The notes beneath the pieces are model-generated. The model did no database searches. It had not been told where the DNA came from and saw only the letters and a list, made by a program, of their open reading frames with translations. From Candidatus Binatia bacterium (lineage in GTDB: Bacteria > Desulfobacterota > Binatia > UBA1149): a DNA stretch of 64,000 nucleotides. The DNA is taken from the NCBI GenBank assembly GCA_046754245.1, contig JBHHVL010000006.1, forward strand, positions 13,859-77,858, in the 5' to 3' direction. Of the stretch, positions 48,558 to 58,596 are shown piece after piece (positions within the stretch are counted from its first letter, which is position 1; the number at the start of each line of letters is the position of its first letter). A program made the position numbers and the translations under genes.

Positions 48558-49934
48558 TCAGTGCGCCGAAGCTATGATGCTCGACAGCAAGAACACCTCC
48601 TCGCTACTCCCTTCCTCGTCGCCAAAGTTGAAATACCAGCCCTCCTCTCCTGGAAAATCCCGAGAGGGGAGCGTGCAGTAAGTTGCGTGTTCGAGCTGCA
48701 TGTCGAACATCGTCACCGCAGGCAGGAACTGCTGCTCGTGGTCGTATACCGCGCGCTTGGCCTCGGGAAAAGGACGGCGACCGATCTTCCACTGATTGAC
48801 CCAGGCCTTCCATAGCTGGCCGTCCTGGTCGTAGAGTTCGGTGTAGGGAATGACGAAGCTGTGACGATCCAGATAGATCACCCTCTTTGAGTAGGCGTAC
48901 CCCTGAAGCTTCGACCGTCCTTCGATAAGATACACCTCGCGAAGCTCCCAACTGTCGTCGAACATGAAGTCAGCCGAGCCATAGGCACGCCGGCCAGGGA
49001 AGTGGCGAGTGTGCATGGCGGCAAGGATCTTTTTTCTGCCGAGCAACCTCCAGTCCATCCACGCAACGCTACCTGCGTAGCCCCCGTAGCTGTCGATGTC
49101 GGTATCCTGACCAAAAAGGGCTTCCGAACGCTGGGCCGTCGAGAACCTCCGTACCCGGCGCAACAAAGGATAGTAAAGCCAGCTGTCGTCCTGGCGTCTC
49201 GGATCCAGATACCGATTATAGGTAAGCCCGACCCCCTTCAGGTCAAAGGGTTCAACGATCGGATACAACGACTCCCGGTATCTCACCCCATCCACGGTCT
49301 CCCACGTAGGCAAGGGATCGTGGTAAAGGCGCCCCACGTAATAGAGACGCCTGAAGTGCCCCAATACGAAGTGTCTCTCCAACGTCATCGGTCGTTGAGG
49401 CCCGATACTCCCGGTATCACAGTCGAAGTTGCGAACGTCGAGGTCGTCTACCGCGATGCGGTTCTCATAGTTAAACATGAGTTTAACAGCCGCGTCCGGA
49501 TCATTGTCGTCGACGGCGGGGAAGGGCAACCCGGCAACGTAGTTCTCGAGGCTCAGCCGATCTGACGAAAGCCGTACCTGCGCAGAGTATTTTTCCGTCG
49601 CGCGCAGCCGAGCCGGCTCCAGGGGTATCGGGCGCGTCTCGGCTACCTCGATCCGCAGACCACGCCCTAGTGCCCACCGGATCGACGGCCCCAGATAGGA
49701 TTCGTAACGATCGGCGTTGTCGGCGTCTACGACCTCCCCGACTCGCGGGGGAGGTCCAGAGAGCGCAGCCGGCCGCGGCTCGTAGGCCAGGACAGCGGAA
49801 CCGTGAAGGACCAGCAGCAAGACCCCGATTCGAGCCCACCGACCCAGGTTCGGATCCGCCAGCAGCCGCTGCGGAGCCCGACCTCGGCCGAGCGGCCGCT
49901 TCGTCGGCCATGTGTCGCTACACACGAACGCCAT
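48558..49934 (-). CDS. DUF1329 family protein (LolA-like outer-membrane lipoprotein sorting fold), secreted
   Basis: 458 aa, N-terminal hydrophobic signal region, W/Y-rich repeats (YDQDGQLWKAWVNQWK) typical of DUF1329. Start uncertain. Confidence 0.55.
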   Translation of the reverse strand: MAFVCSDTWPTKRPLGRGRAPQRLLADPNLGRWARIGVLLLVLHGSAVLAYEPRPAALSGPPPRVGEVVDADNADRYESYLGPSIRWALGRGLRIEVAETRPIPLEPARLRATEKYSAQVRLSSDRLSLENYVAGLPFPAVDDNDPDAAVKLMFNYENRIAVDDLDVRNFDCDTGSIGPQRPMTLERHFVLGHFRRLYYVGRLYHDPLPTWETVDGVRYRESLYPIVEPFDLKGVGLTYNRYLDPRRQDDSWLYYPLLRRVRRFSTAQRSEALFGQDTDIDSYGGYAGSVAWMDWRLLGRKKILAAMHTRHFPGRRAYGSADFMFDDSWELREVYLIEGRSKLQGYAYSKRVIYLDRHSFVIPYTELYDQDGQLWKAWVNQWKIGRRPFPEAKRAVYDHEQQFLPAVTMFDMQLEHATYCTLPSRDFPGEEGWYFNFGDEEGSSEEVFLLSSIIASAH

Positions 49935-50041
49935 GGGCCAAGCTAATCCCTGGCCGTCCTTGGGGTCAAGCGCACCCGGCCAACCCGCGGTGTTTTTGCA
50001 GCGAACAGATTTAGGCTAGTTTCGTCGGTTCATATAGCACT

Positions 50042-53000
50042 ATGCCGTGGTCACGCCGAAGTCTGCAACTCAAGGAGTTGCTCACCGAGCGCATCCTCTT
50101 CCTGGATGGCGCCATGGGCACGACTCTGCAACAGCGAGAACTCAGCGCTGAGGACTTCGGGGGAAAAGCGTTCGAGGGTTGCAACGAAAACCTCCTCCGC
50201 ACACGCCCAGATCTGGTCGCGGAGGTGCATCGGGATTTTCTGCTTGCAGGGGCCGACATCGTCGAGACCAATACCTTCGGTTCCACCGCACTGGTACTCG
50301 CCGAATACGGCCTCGCTCAACGTGCACGAGAGATCAACCGCCTGGGGGCGGAGGTGGCGAGGAGGGTCGCCGATGAGGTGTCGACGGCCGCGAAGCCTCG
50401 TTTCGTGGCCGGTTCGATGGGACCGACTACCCGCAGCATCTCGGTAACCGGCGGGATAAGCTGGGACGACCTTGCCGCCGATTTTCATCAGCAAGCGGCG
50501 GGGCTCATCGAGGGCGGCGCGGATCTGCTGCTCGTTGAAACCTGCCAAGATACCCTGAACGTAAAGGCGGCCCTGGAGGGCATAGACCGTGCGAACGCCG
50601 AGCTTGGCTCCGACGTGCCCACAGCCGTACAGGGAACCGTCGAAACGATGGGCACCCTCCTTGCCGGTCAGGACGTCGAGGCGTTCTACGTTTCTCTTTC
50701 CCACCGCGACTTATTGTGGATAGGCCTGAACTGTGCGACTGGCCCGGACTTCATGACCGACCATATTCGAACGCTTGCCGCGATATCCCGCTTTCCCGTA
50801 GCCTGCGTCCCAAACGCGGGGCTGCCTGATGAAGACGGCAACTACAACGAAAACCCGGCAAGACTCGCTGCCAAGCTCGGTGAGTTCGCCGAACAGGGGT
50901 GGGTCAACGTGGCGGGCGGTTGTTGCGGCACGGTGCCTGAACATATCGGTCGAATCGTCGCGGCGCTCGGGGACAAGTCTCCCAGGAAGATCACTGTGGC
51001 GCCTCGGTCCGTGGTATCCGGAATAGAAGCTTACGAGATCAGCGACGAGAAGCGGCCAGTGATAGTCGGAGAGCGGACCAACGTGTTGGGTAGCCGCCGT
51101 TTCAAACGTCTCATCGCCGAACGGCGTTTCGAAGAAGCCGCCGAAATCGGCCGCGCGCAAGTGCGAAAGGGGGCGGCGATCGTTGACGTGTGTCTGCAGG
51201 ACCCGGACGGAGACGAACTCGCCGACCTTCCCGAATTCCTGGATCTTCTCGTAAAAAAGATAAAGGTACCGGTGATGATCGACAGCACCGACCCTTCGGT
51301 CATCGGTGAAGCCCTGAAACGCCTGCAAGGCAAGGCTGTCATCAACTCTATCAACCTGGAAGAGGGCCTGGAGAAGTTCGAGGACGTGATCCCGCTCGTG
51401 AAGCGCTTCGGTGCAGCAGTGGTGGTAGGCTGTATCGACGACGACAAAGAGCAGGCCCAAGCGGTCACCCGCGCGCGCAAGCTTGAAATCGCCCAGCGTT
51501 CCTTCGACCTCCTCACCGGGAACTACGGCCTTGCCCCCGAGGATATCTATTTCGACCCCTTGGTCTTTCCGGTGGGCACCGGCGACGAAAATTACGCGGG
51601 TTCGGGTGAGGAGACGATCGAGGGAGTTCGGGCGATCAGCGGTGCTCTTCCCGCGTGCAAGACCATCCTCGGCGTCTCCAACGTCTCCTTCGGCTTGCCC
51701 CCGGCAGGACGTGAGGTGCTGAACAGCGTCTTCCTTCACCACTGCGTCGAGGCGGGGCTCGACCTGGCGATCGTTAACTCCGAGGGCCTAGCCCCCTACA
51801 GCCGTATCTCGCAAGAGGAGCGCGCACTGTCAGATGACCTCATTTTTTTTCGTGGCGGCGATCCTGTGGCGGCCTTCGCGGCCCACTTCAAAGGAAAGAC
51901 GGTTACGGTAAGCCAGGATGAGCTCGCTCACCTGAGTCCGCCGGAAAGACTGCGCCTTTGCGTAATCGAGGGCACCAAGGAAGGCCTCATCGAAAATCTG
52001 GAGCTCGAACGTCGAACCCGCTCCCCGCTGGAGATCATCAACGGGCCCCTCATGGACGGCATGGATGAAGTCGGCCGCCGATTCGCCGCCAATGAAATGA
52101 TCGTAGCCGAGGTCCTGCAGTCGGCTGAGGCCATGAAATCTGCGGTGTCACACCTAGAACAATACATGGACAAGGCCCAGATCGCCTCCCGCGGTCGCCT
52201 TGTCCTTGCGACGGTCAAAGGCGATGTGCACGACATCGGCAAGAACCTCGTCGACATTATTCTCAGCAACAACGGCTTCGAGGTCATCAACCTGGGCATC
52301 AAGGTTCCACCCGAGGAGCTGATCTCAGCTTGCAAGGAGCACGGTCCGGATTTCATCGGGCTCTCGGGGCTGCTGGTCAAGAGCGCGCGCCAGATGGTAA
52401 CCACCGTCGGCGACCTCGCTGGTCACGGAATAGACTGCCCGATTCTCGTTGGAGGCGCGGCCCTGTCGAACAGGTTTACGAGACTCAAGATCTCTCCAGA
52501 ATACCGCGGCCTCGTCGCCTACGCCGCCGACGCCATGACCGGACTAGATCTTGCGCGACGTCTCGGTAACGCCGATCAACGGCGCGAACTCGCCGAAGAA
52601 CTCGAACGAGACGGCGAACGGTTGCGCGAAGCGGCAAAGAGAAAGGCATCTCGCAGCGAGTTGTTTAGCGGGGGCGACTTCGCGCCGCCTCGCATCGGAT
52701 CTGGCCACGACATCCCCTTGCCTCCGGATCTAAAAACCCACGTGATTGATGACTACGACCTCTCCGAGATCTTTGCCTACATCAATCCTGCGATGCTCTA
52801 CAATCGACATCTTGGCTTCAAGGGCAGTTATGAAAAAGCGTTGGCCGCCGATGATGATAAAGCGATACAGCTGGACGCGGAGGTGGCGGAAGTAGAGCGT
52901 TTGATACTGAGCCGTGAAGATATCCGAGCCAGGGCGGTCTTTCGTTTCTTCCCGGCCGCCGCCGACGGGGACCGCCTTCGTATCTTCACGCCGGATCGCG

Positions 53001-53563
53001 GCACGGAGACCGGGAGCTTCCTCTTTGGGCGGCAACAGCGCGACGGAGGCGTCTGTCTTAGCGACTACGTCGAGCCCCTGACGGGGGGGCGCGAAGACTT
53101 CATTGCGATGTTCGCGACTACCGTAGGACCGGGTGTACGCGGCCTCGCCGAGAGTCTCCAGGCGGAAGGAGAGTACCTCAAGTCCCACATCCTCCAAGCG
53201 CTAGCCATAGAAGCCGCCGAGGGGTTCGCCGAGCTTCTCCACAAGAAGATCAGAACGATGTGGGGGATCGAGGAGGGCGAAGGTACGACGATGAAGGACC
53301 TCTTCAAGGCTCGTTACCGCGGGATCAGGGTGTCGTTCGGCTACCCGGCCTGTCCGCGGCTAGAAGATCAAGAGCTGCTGTTCGCTCTGCTCGGCGTCAG
53401 TGACCGCATAGGTGTTCATCTTACCGAGGGCCTGATGATGGACCCGGAATCGTCGGTCAGCGCCCTGGTCCTCCACCACCCAGAGGCCAGCTATTTCAGC
53501 CTCGGCGAGGCTGATATCGAGTTGCTTGAAGAAACTCTGAGGGTTGAGTCTTGTTCCGGGTAA
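50042..53563 (+). CDS. metH: cobalamin-dependent methionine synthase
   Basis: 1173 aa; Hcy-binding domain, pterin-binding domain, B12-binding motif DVHDIGKNLV, and AdoMet-binding reactivation domain. Confidence 0.95.
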   Translation: MPWSRRSLQLKELLTERILFLDGAMGTTLQQRELSAEDFGGKAFEGCNENLLRTRPDLVAEVHRDFLLAGADIVETNTFGSTALVLAEYGLAQRAREINRLGAEVARRVADEVSTAAKPRFVAGSMGPTTRSISVTGGISWDDLAADFHQQAAGLIEGGADLLLVETCQDTLNVKAALEGIDRANAELGSDVPTAVQGTVETMGTLLAGQDVEAFYVSLSHRDLLWIGLNCATGPDFMTDHIRTLAAISRFPVACVPNAGLPDEDGNYNENPARLAAKLGEFAEQGWVNVAGGCCGTVPEHIGRIVAALGDKSPRKITVAPRSVVSGIEAYEISDEKRPVIVGERTNVLGSRRFKRLIAERRFEEAAEIGRAQVRKGAAIVDVCLQDPDGDELADLPEFLDLLVKKIKVPVMIDSTDPSVIGEALKRLQGKAVINSINLEEGLEKFEDVIPLVKRFGAAVVVGCIDDDKEQAQAVTRARKLEIAQRSFDLLTGNYGLAPEDIYFDPLVFPVGTGDENYAGSGEETIEGVRAISGALPACKTILGVSNVSFGLPPAGREVLNSVFLHHCVEAGLDLAIVNSEGLAPYSRISQEERALSDDLIFFRGGDPVAAFAAHFKGKTVTVSQDELAHLSPPERLRLCVIEGTKEGLIENLELERRTRSPLEIINGPLMDGMDEVGRRFAANEMIVAEVLQSAEAMKSAVSHLEQYMDKAQIASRGRLVLATVKGDVHDIGKNLVDIILSNNGFEVINLGIKVPPEELISACKEHGPDFIGLSGLLVKSARQMVTTVGDLAGHGIDCPILVGGAALSNRFTRLKISPEYRGLVAYAADAMTGLDLARRLGNADQRRELAEELERDGERLREAAKRKASRSELFSGGDFAPPRIGSGHDIPLPPDLKTHVIDDYDLSEIFAYINPAMLYNRHLGFKGSYEKALAADDDKAIQLDAEVAEVERLILSREDIRARAVFRFFPAAADGDRLRIFTPDRGTETGSFLFGRQQRDGGVCLSDYVEPLTGGREDFIAMFATTVGPGVRGLAESLQAEGEYLKSHILQALAIEAAEGFAELLHKKIRTMWGIEEGEGTTMKDLFKARYRGIRVSFGYPACPRLEDQELLFALLGVSDRIGVHLTEGLMMDPESSVSALVLHHPEASYFSLGEADIELLEETLRVESCSG

Positions 53564-54293
53564 TGGCGAGTCCGGCTACCAACCCCGCCAGTAGTCCTCC
53601 GAGATGTGCGAGGTTGTCGCGCCCGGGGCCAAAGCCTACTACCATGGCGTAGAAAGCGGCCAGGCCGCCGACGACCTGCCAGGAACGTAGGCGCCCGTGG
53701 CGGCGTCCCGTCCTCAAGGCCTGCGCGAATAGCGCTCCAATGATCCCCGCGATGGCTCCCGACGCCCCAGCCTTGATCGCCGCGGAGGGGTTGAGCAGAT
53801 GGCTAGCGATATTGCCGGCGACGCCGCTGAGGCCGAATACCACGAGAAACGCGCGCGCGCCGATCATGCGGGCTAGGGGAGGACCCGTGAGCAGCAGAGT
53901 GAACATATTAGACAGCAGGTGCGCCAGATTGAAGTGAAGAAAAACCGCGGCGCCCAAGCGCCAGTACTCACCACGCTCCACCAGGCTCCAGCTGATGGCA
54001 CCCATCTCCAACATACGCGCACGACCAGCCGATTCGATACCGCCGTGGGTGGCCGCGAACAGCAGCGTACAGCCCAGAACAACCATAACAACCGCCGAAC
54101 TGCCGGGCCCGAACCAGCCCCGCTCGTCGGCATTGGCCGTACCAACAAACGGTGCGGCTTGGTCGGACCGATGGCCGATCCCGGACGGGAACTCCTCTTC
54201 CAGCAAGGAGCGGGCCCGTTCGTAGTCGTCCGACGAAACAAGGACCGAGGAGCTGTCGCGAAAGTCCCGGCGTACCGACGTCTCGATCGCCAT
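53496..54293 (-). CDS. rhomboid family intramembrane serine protease
   Basis: Rhomboid motifs: GASGAIAGIIGALFA with the catalytic Ser, downstream AHLGGLLAGL with the catalytic His, and WRLGAAVFLHFNLAHLLSNM. ATG at 54293 (alt 54392). The 3' end overlaps the metH 3' end by about 68 nt (convergent). Confidence 0.7.
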   Translation of the reverse strand: MAIETSVRRDFRDSSSVLVSSDDYERARSLLEEEFPSGIGHRSDQAAPFVGTANADERGWFGPGSSAVVMVVLGCTLLFAATHGGIESAGRARMLEMGAISWSLVERGEYWRLGAAVFLHFNLAHLLSNMFTLLLTGPPLARMIGARAFLVVFGLSGVAGNIASHLLNPSAAIKAGASGAIAGIIGALFAQALRTGRRHGRLRSWQVVGGLAAFYAMVVGFGPGRDNLAHLGGLLAGLVAGLAITRNKTQPSEFLQATRYQPRRG

Positions 54294-54420
54294 GGCAGCC
54301 AACAGCAGCGTGACCGCATCCAGCTGCTCGGTGCCCAGGCCCTCGCAGAGGCATCTCTGTGGAGAACTATCGTCGCCCGTGGCCTTGCGCATTGCTTCAG
54401 ACTGCCACAAGCTGGGGAAG

Positions 54421-55236
54421 ATGGATACGGGAACCCAGTCTAGACTCACGAATGTGAGTGATGTCCAGGTCTTTTTCACGGCCGTGCTGGGGCTGGCTCT
54501 GGTACTTCTGTTTCGCGATCTCAGCTTTCGGCTTCTCGGCATGGCCGAGTACGCGCCGTTCGGCCCCCCACTGATTTCGCGAACGGTAGCGCCGGAATCC
54601 GTCCGACTGCAGTATCTGGCCTTCGTCTTGCTTCCCGCCCTCGTGGCTTTCCTGGCAATCGGGGTACCGGTGTTGGTACGAGTGCTACTCGGCGCCTTTC
54701 GGGGCGCGGTAACGTTGCAGGAGGCGTTCCTGTTGGTCCTGTTGCCCGCCGGCACAGGGGCGGCGTTCGCTGCCTCGGGCCATGACTACGTAGTCCTTGC
54801 GATCTTGGTCCTGGTCATTGTAGTATGCGCCCTGGGCGCCTGGCCTCTGGTCGGCCGGCTGAGCGCCCGCTTCGGCTACCGATTGTTGCTGATCTCAGGC
54901 CTTTGTCTGGGCGGTCTCGCCTCCTACGAATACAAGGTGATCAGCGGCGCTGACCCCTCGGTGACCGTCGCCCCGAGCTTGCTGGTGGGCGCGTTGTTCC
55001 TCTTACCCCTGGCTCTTGCGATGGTTACGGCGGCTTCGGGCGAGAAGGGAGTGGGCTGCGCGGCAATGACGTGGGTACTTGTCTCGGCCATCTATGCGGC
55101 GCCCTTTGTGCGCAGGGCGGCCGCTAACGCTCCCGCTGCGGACTCCCTGGAGGCGGGACTCACGGCCGTGCTAGCTGCCCTGCTGTGCATCCTCGCACTG
55201 GCCATCGAGCTAATGAGAACACGGGCGCGAAGCTAG
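54421..55236 (+). CDS. hypothetical polytopic membrane protein
   Basis: 271 aa from the ATG at 54421 (GGGGAAG upstream); about 8 hydrophobic helices; no family recognised. Confidence 0.45.
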   Translation: MDTGTQSRLTNVSDVQVFFTAVLGLALVLLFRDLSFRLLGMAEYAPFGPPLISRTVAPESVRLQYLAFVLLPALVAFLAIGVPVLVRVLLGAFRGAVTLQEAFLLVLLPAGTGAAFAASGHDYVVLAILVLVIVVCALGAWPLVGRLSARFGYRLLLISGLCLGGLASYEYKVISGADPSVTVAPSLLVGALFLLPLALAMVTAASGEKGVGCAAMTWVLVSAIYAAPFVRRAAANAPAADSLEAGLTAVLAALLCILALAIELMRTRARS

Positions 55237-55383
55237 AGGCCAGCCATCCACCCTCCTGACCAGGCCAGGGCGATTTTCCAAGAGGAAACAGACATTGGTT
55301 GCAAGGCCCGGAATCCGAAAAGCCACAGGGGGACCGCCTCGGCGCTTTAACGTAACTACGAAATGCCTGTAGTATGCGGCGCC

Positions 55384-56622
55384 ATGGCTGATATCAGTTT
55401 TCACGAGAGCGACGTTGTTTTCGAACGCGCGAAACGGGTCATTCCCGGGGGCGTATACGGACACCAGAGTCCAGCTTTGCTCACACCGGGCGAGTACCCT
55501 TTTTTCTTGGAGCGATCGGAAGGTTGTCGGATCCGCGACGTCGACGGAAACGAGTTTATCGACTTCCTGTGCGGCTATGGCCCGATGGTGGTCGGCTACC
55601 GCAATCCCGCGGTAGAGCGGGCCGCTGCCACCCAGCGGGAGCGATGCGACAGCATGAATCTTCCCGCCCCCTGCATGGTGGAGCTGGCAGAGCGACTCGT
55701 TGCTCTCAGTCCGGGTATGGACTGGGCTATGTTTTCGAAGAACGGATCAGACGTCACGACTTGGTCGTTGGCGGTTGCGCGGGTCGCCAGCGGACGCGAC
55801 ATCGTGGCGATGGTCGAGGGCACCTATCACGGGGTTCACGGCTGGTGCAACCATCTCCAGGCGGGATTTCCTGATTCGGATCGCCAGCAAATTGTGGAAT
55901 TCGACTGGAACGATCTAGGGGGTCTCGAGGCTCGTTTCCGTGAAAACCCTGGAAAGATAGCCGCCGTCATCATCACGCCCTTTCATCATGAGGCCTTTTC
56001 TGACTCGGTATTGTCCAAAGACGGTTTCCTCGAGGGCGTGCGCGACATCTGCAGCCGCGAGGGGAGTGTGATGATAGTCGACGACGTGCGCGCCGGCTTC
56101 AGGCTTAACATGGGCGGATCCACTCAGGCGTGGGGGGTCACACCCGACGTCCTTATCTACTCCAAGGCGCTGGCCAACGGTTACCCCCTGGCCGTGATGT
56201 TGGGTAACGATTCGTTGAAGGACGCCGGGCAGACCGTCTTCTATACCGGGACCTTTGCGACCCAAGCTGTGCCCATCGCGGCCGCGCTCGCGACCATCGC
56301 AGAGCTGGAACGCGTGGACGGCATCGCGCACATGGAACGCGTGGGGCGGCGTCTGTGCGACGGCCTGACGGCCCAGGCCACCGAAGCAGGTTTCGACGTT
56401 ACCATCAGCGGGCCGCCGGCCATACCCTTCATGACCTTCGACGCCGATCGTGGCGGCTTCGACCTCAGCCGCGCCTTCGCTGGAGCCTGCGTCAGACACG
56501 GGGTGTTCCTGCACCCCATACACAACTGGTTTCTTTCTACGGCTCACCAAGAGGCCGATATCGACGAGGCCCTGGCTGCGACCGAGCGGGCATTTGCCGA
56601 GATAGCCGACCGGCAGTCCTGA
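55384..56622 (+). CDS. class-III pyridoxal-phosphate aminotransferase (glutamate-1-semialdehyde aminomutase-like paralog)
   Basis: Class-III fold pattern: IDFLCGYGPMVVG, MIVDDVRAGFRL, and the PLP-lysine context YSKALANGYPLA. Confidence 0.8.
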   Translation: MADISFHESDVVFERAKRVIPGGVYGHQSPALLTPGEYPFFLERSEGCRIRDVDGNEFIDFLCGYGPMVVGYRNPAVERAAATQRERCDSMNLPAPCMVELAERLVALSPGMDWAMFSKNGSDVTTWSLAVARVASGRDIVAMVEGTYHGVHGWCNHLQAGFPDSDRQQIVEFDWNDLGGLEARFRENPGKIAAVIITPFHHEAFSDSVLSKDGFLEGVRDICSREGSVMIVDDVRAGFRLNMGGSTQAWGVTPDVLIYSKALANGYPLAVMLGNDSLKDAGQTVFYTGTFATQAVPIAAALATIAELERVDGIAHMERVGRRLCDGLTAQATEAGFDVTISGPPAIPFMTFDADRGGFDLSRAFAGACVRHGVFLHPIHNWFLSTAHQEADIDEALAATERAFAEIADRQS

Positions 56623-56630
56623 CGGTGGCC

Positions 56631-56981
56631 ATGCTGAGCGAGGTCAGCGGGAAGACGCTGCGGTTGCTACACCGTGGGCGCGAGTCGGGGCGATGCTATG
56701 AGGTCACCATATGGTTCGTGCGGGTGGATGGAAGCTTGTATATAGGCGCCCTAGACGATCGAAGGGCCTGGGTACGCAACCTTCGCGCTAACGGCGAAGC
56801 CGTAATCGACGATGCAGCTGCCCCCATCCGTTGCCGTTGCTTCGCCGTCGAAGACGCTGACACCCTGACGCTGTTCAGGCTAGCCGTACGAGACAAATAT
56901 CCGATCGTTTCGCGAGTAATGGCGCTTTTTGGCCGCCGCGGCCGTCGGCAGGCAGTATTTAGACTAGAGGAGGCCGAGTAA
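56631..56981 (+). CDS. DUF385 / deazaflavin (F420H2)-dependent nitroreductase-family oxidoreductase-like protein
   Basis: 116-aa split-barrel pattern LRLLHRGRESGRCYEVTIWFVRVDGSLYIGALDDRRAWVRNLRANGEAVID, matching the conserved core of DUF385/FDOR-A proteins. Confidence 0.6.
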   Translation: MLSEVSGKTLRLLHRGRESGRCYEVTIWFVRVDGSLYIGALDDRRAWVRNLRANGEAVIDDAAAPIRCRCFAVEDADTLTLFRLAVRDKYPIVSRVMALFGRRGRRQAVFRLEEAE

Positions 56982-56986
56982 GCCCG

Positions 56987-57319
56987 ATGCCAAGGCCAGT
57001 CCGCCATTTCTTCGTTTGTCACAACCGTCGGCCGCCGCTCGCACAGGGGTCTTCTTGCGGAGCAAACGGCGCCGATGACCTCGTATTCTCACTGCGGGCC
57101 GAAAGGGAAAGACGGGGGCTCAGCGCCAGCGTGTTCATCACCGCCACCGCCTGCCTGGGACCCTGTCCCGCCGAAGGCGCAACGGTCGTCGTCTACCCCG
57201 AGGGTACCTGGTACCGAGCCGTCACCAGCGCGGACGTCGAAGAAATAGCCGAATCTCACATGGCCAGGGGCGAGGTCGTGCGGCGACTTGTCGATCCAGA
57301 CTTTGAAAGCGAGACCTGA
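56987..57319 (+). CDS. thioredoxin-like [2Fe-2S] ferredoxin
   Basis: Four Cys in the arrangement HFFVCHN...GSSCGANG...TACLGPC, typical of NuoE-like/thioredoxin-like 2Fe-2S ferredoxins. Confidence 0.7.
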   Translation: MPRPVRHFFVCHNRRPPLAQGSSCGANGADDLVFSLRAERERRGLSASVFITATACLGPCPAEGATVVVYPEGTWYRAVTSADVEEIAESHMARGEVVRRLVDPDFESET

Positions 57320-57357
57320 TCAGCACCAAGAACCCCGAGCCCAGCAGGCCACGCGTT

Positions 57358-58422
57358 TCAGCTATCCGCCGCTACGCCATTGGCCACCAGATCGCCCACC
57401 TCAGCGGTGCTGAAGCCCATGCGCCCGGCCGCGAGTGACTTCAAATCCGTAGAAAGCACTTTGACCATGCTCCGCTCGACCAAGTCGGCGGCACGCGCCT
57501 CGCCGAGATGGACGAGCAGCATCTGCGCGGCAGCTATGGCGGCCATCGGGTTGATGACCCCTTTGCCGCTGTATTTGGGGGCCGAGCCGCCGATGGGTTC
57601 GAACATCGATACCCCTTGCGGATTGATGTTGCCGCCCGCGGCTATCCCCATCCCACCTTGTATCATCGCTCCGAGGTCGGTGATGATGTCGCCAAACATG
57701 TTGTCGGTTACGATGACGTCAAACCATTCAGGATTCTTGACCATCCACATGCAAGTCGCGTCCACGTGGGCGTACTCGCGCTTGACGTCCGGATAGTCGG
57801 CCTCTCCAACTTCGTCGAAACAGCGCTCCCATAGATCAAAAGCGTAGGTCAGTACGTTGGTCTTGCCGCAAAGTGTTAGCGTCTTGCGGCGGTTGCGCTT
57901 GCGCGTGTACTCGAAGGCGTAGCGAAGGCAACGTTCCACACCTTTACGTGTATTGATTGATTCCTGCACCGCTACCTCGTCAGCGGTGCCCTTGCGCAAG
58001 CTTCCGCCGGCGCCTGCGTAGAGGCCCTCAGTGTTTTCCCTCACGACCACGAAGTCGATATCATCAGGTCCCTTGCCGGCGAGCGGCGTCTCCACACCGC
58101 CGTAGAGCTTGACCGGTCGCAGGTTGATGTACTGGTCGAGTTCGAAACGAAGACGGAGAAGTATGCCCTTCTCGAGAATCCCTGGTTTTACCTCGGGGTG
58201 GCCAATCGCACCAAGAAGTATCGCGTCCAGACCCCGGAACTCCTCTATGGCCGAATCCGGCAACACCTCGCCGGTTCTCAAATAACGGTCACCACCAAAA
58301 TCAAACGCGGCGGTTTCGTACTCAAAGCCACATCTCTTGGCGGCGACCTCGAGGACCTTCAGCGCTTCGGCTACTACTTCCGGACCGGTTCCATCCCCTG
58401 CTATTACTCCGATCTTGTACAC
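57358..58422 (-). CDS. leuB: 3-isopropylmalate dehydrogenase (isocitrate/isopropylmalate dehydrogenase family)
   Basis: Family signature NMFGDIITDLGAMIQGGMGIAAGGN and N-terminal IGVIAGDGTGPEV. LeuB versus tartrate dehydrogenase cannot be resolved from sequence alone. Confidence 0.8.
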   Translation of the reverse strand: MYKIGVIAGDGTGPEVVAEALKVLEVAAKRCGFEYETAAFDFGGDRYLRTGEVLPDSAIEEFRGLDAILLGAIGHPEVKPGILEKGILLRLRFELDQYINLRPVKLYGGVETPLAGKGPDDIDFVVVRENTEGLYAGAGGSLRKGTADEVAVQESINTRKGVERCLRYAFEYTRKRNRRKTLTLCGKTNVLTYAFDLWERCFDEVGEADYPDVKREYAHVDATCMWMVKNPEWFDVIVTDNMFGDIITDLGAMIQGGMGIAAGGNINPQGVSMFEPIGGSAPKYSGKGVINPMAAIAAAQMLLVHLGEARAADLVERSMVKVLSTDLKSLAAGRMGFSTAEVGDLVANGVAADS

Positions 58423-58596
58423 TCGTTCCTCCCAGGCCCGCTACGCCAGTCCCGAGCCGTGAAATATTGCAGCAAAGGCCGTCACCTACAAGCTACAATG
58501 GAAGACTGGAACCGTTGATGTGTCTGGAGGAGAGGGCGGTTGAGAAGCTGATTCATGGCTGCCATAATCCTTTGATTCGAGCGCGGTACTTTTCAG

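Noticed and set aside
49935-50041. Cobalamin riboswitch upstream of metH
   Set aside because: The leader is only about 100 nt, too short for a B12 element, and B12-dependent MetH is not normally riboswitch-controlled. No B12-box-like sequence was seen.
50711-53197. Several long antisense ORFs inside metH (343-aa, 161-aa, 158-aa and 155-aa ORFs); similar ones occur inside infB, purL, lon and the FG-GAP gene
   Set aside because: These are expected by chance in about 63% GC DNA because stop codons are AT-rich. Their products are Arg/Ser/Pro-rich and carry no recognisable motifs, and the sense-strand genes are unambiguous.
54294-54755. N-terminal 154-codon extension of the rhomboid ORF
   Set aside because: It has low-complexity Thr/Arg/Ser-rich translation with no TM segments. 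A Met at 54293 (or 54392) gives a normal-length rhomboid with a cytoplasmic N-domain.
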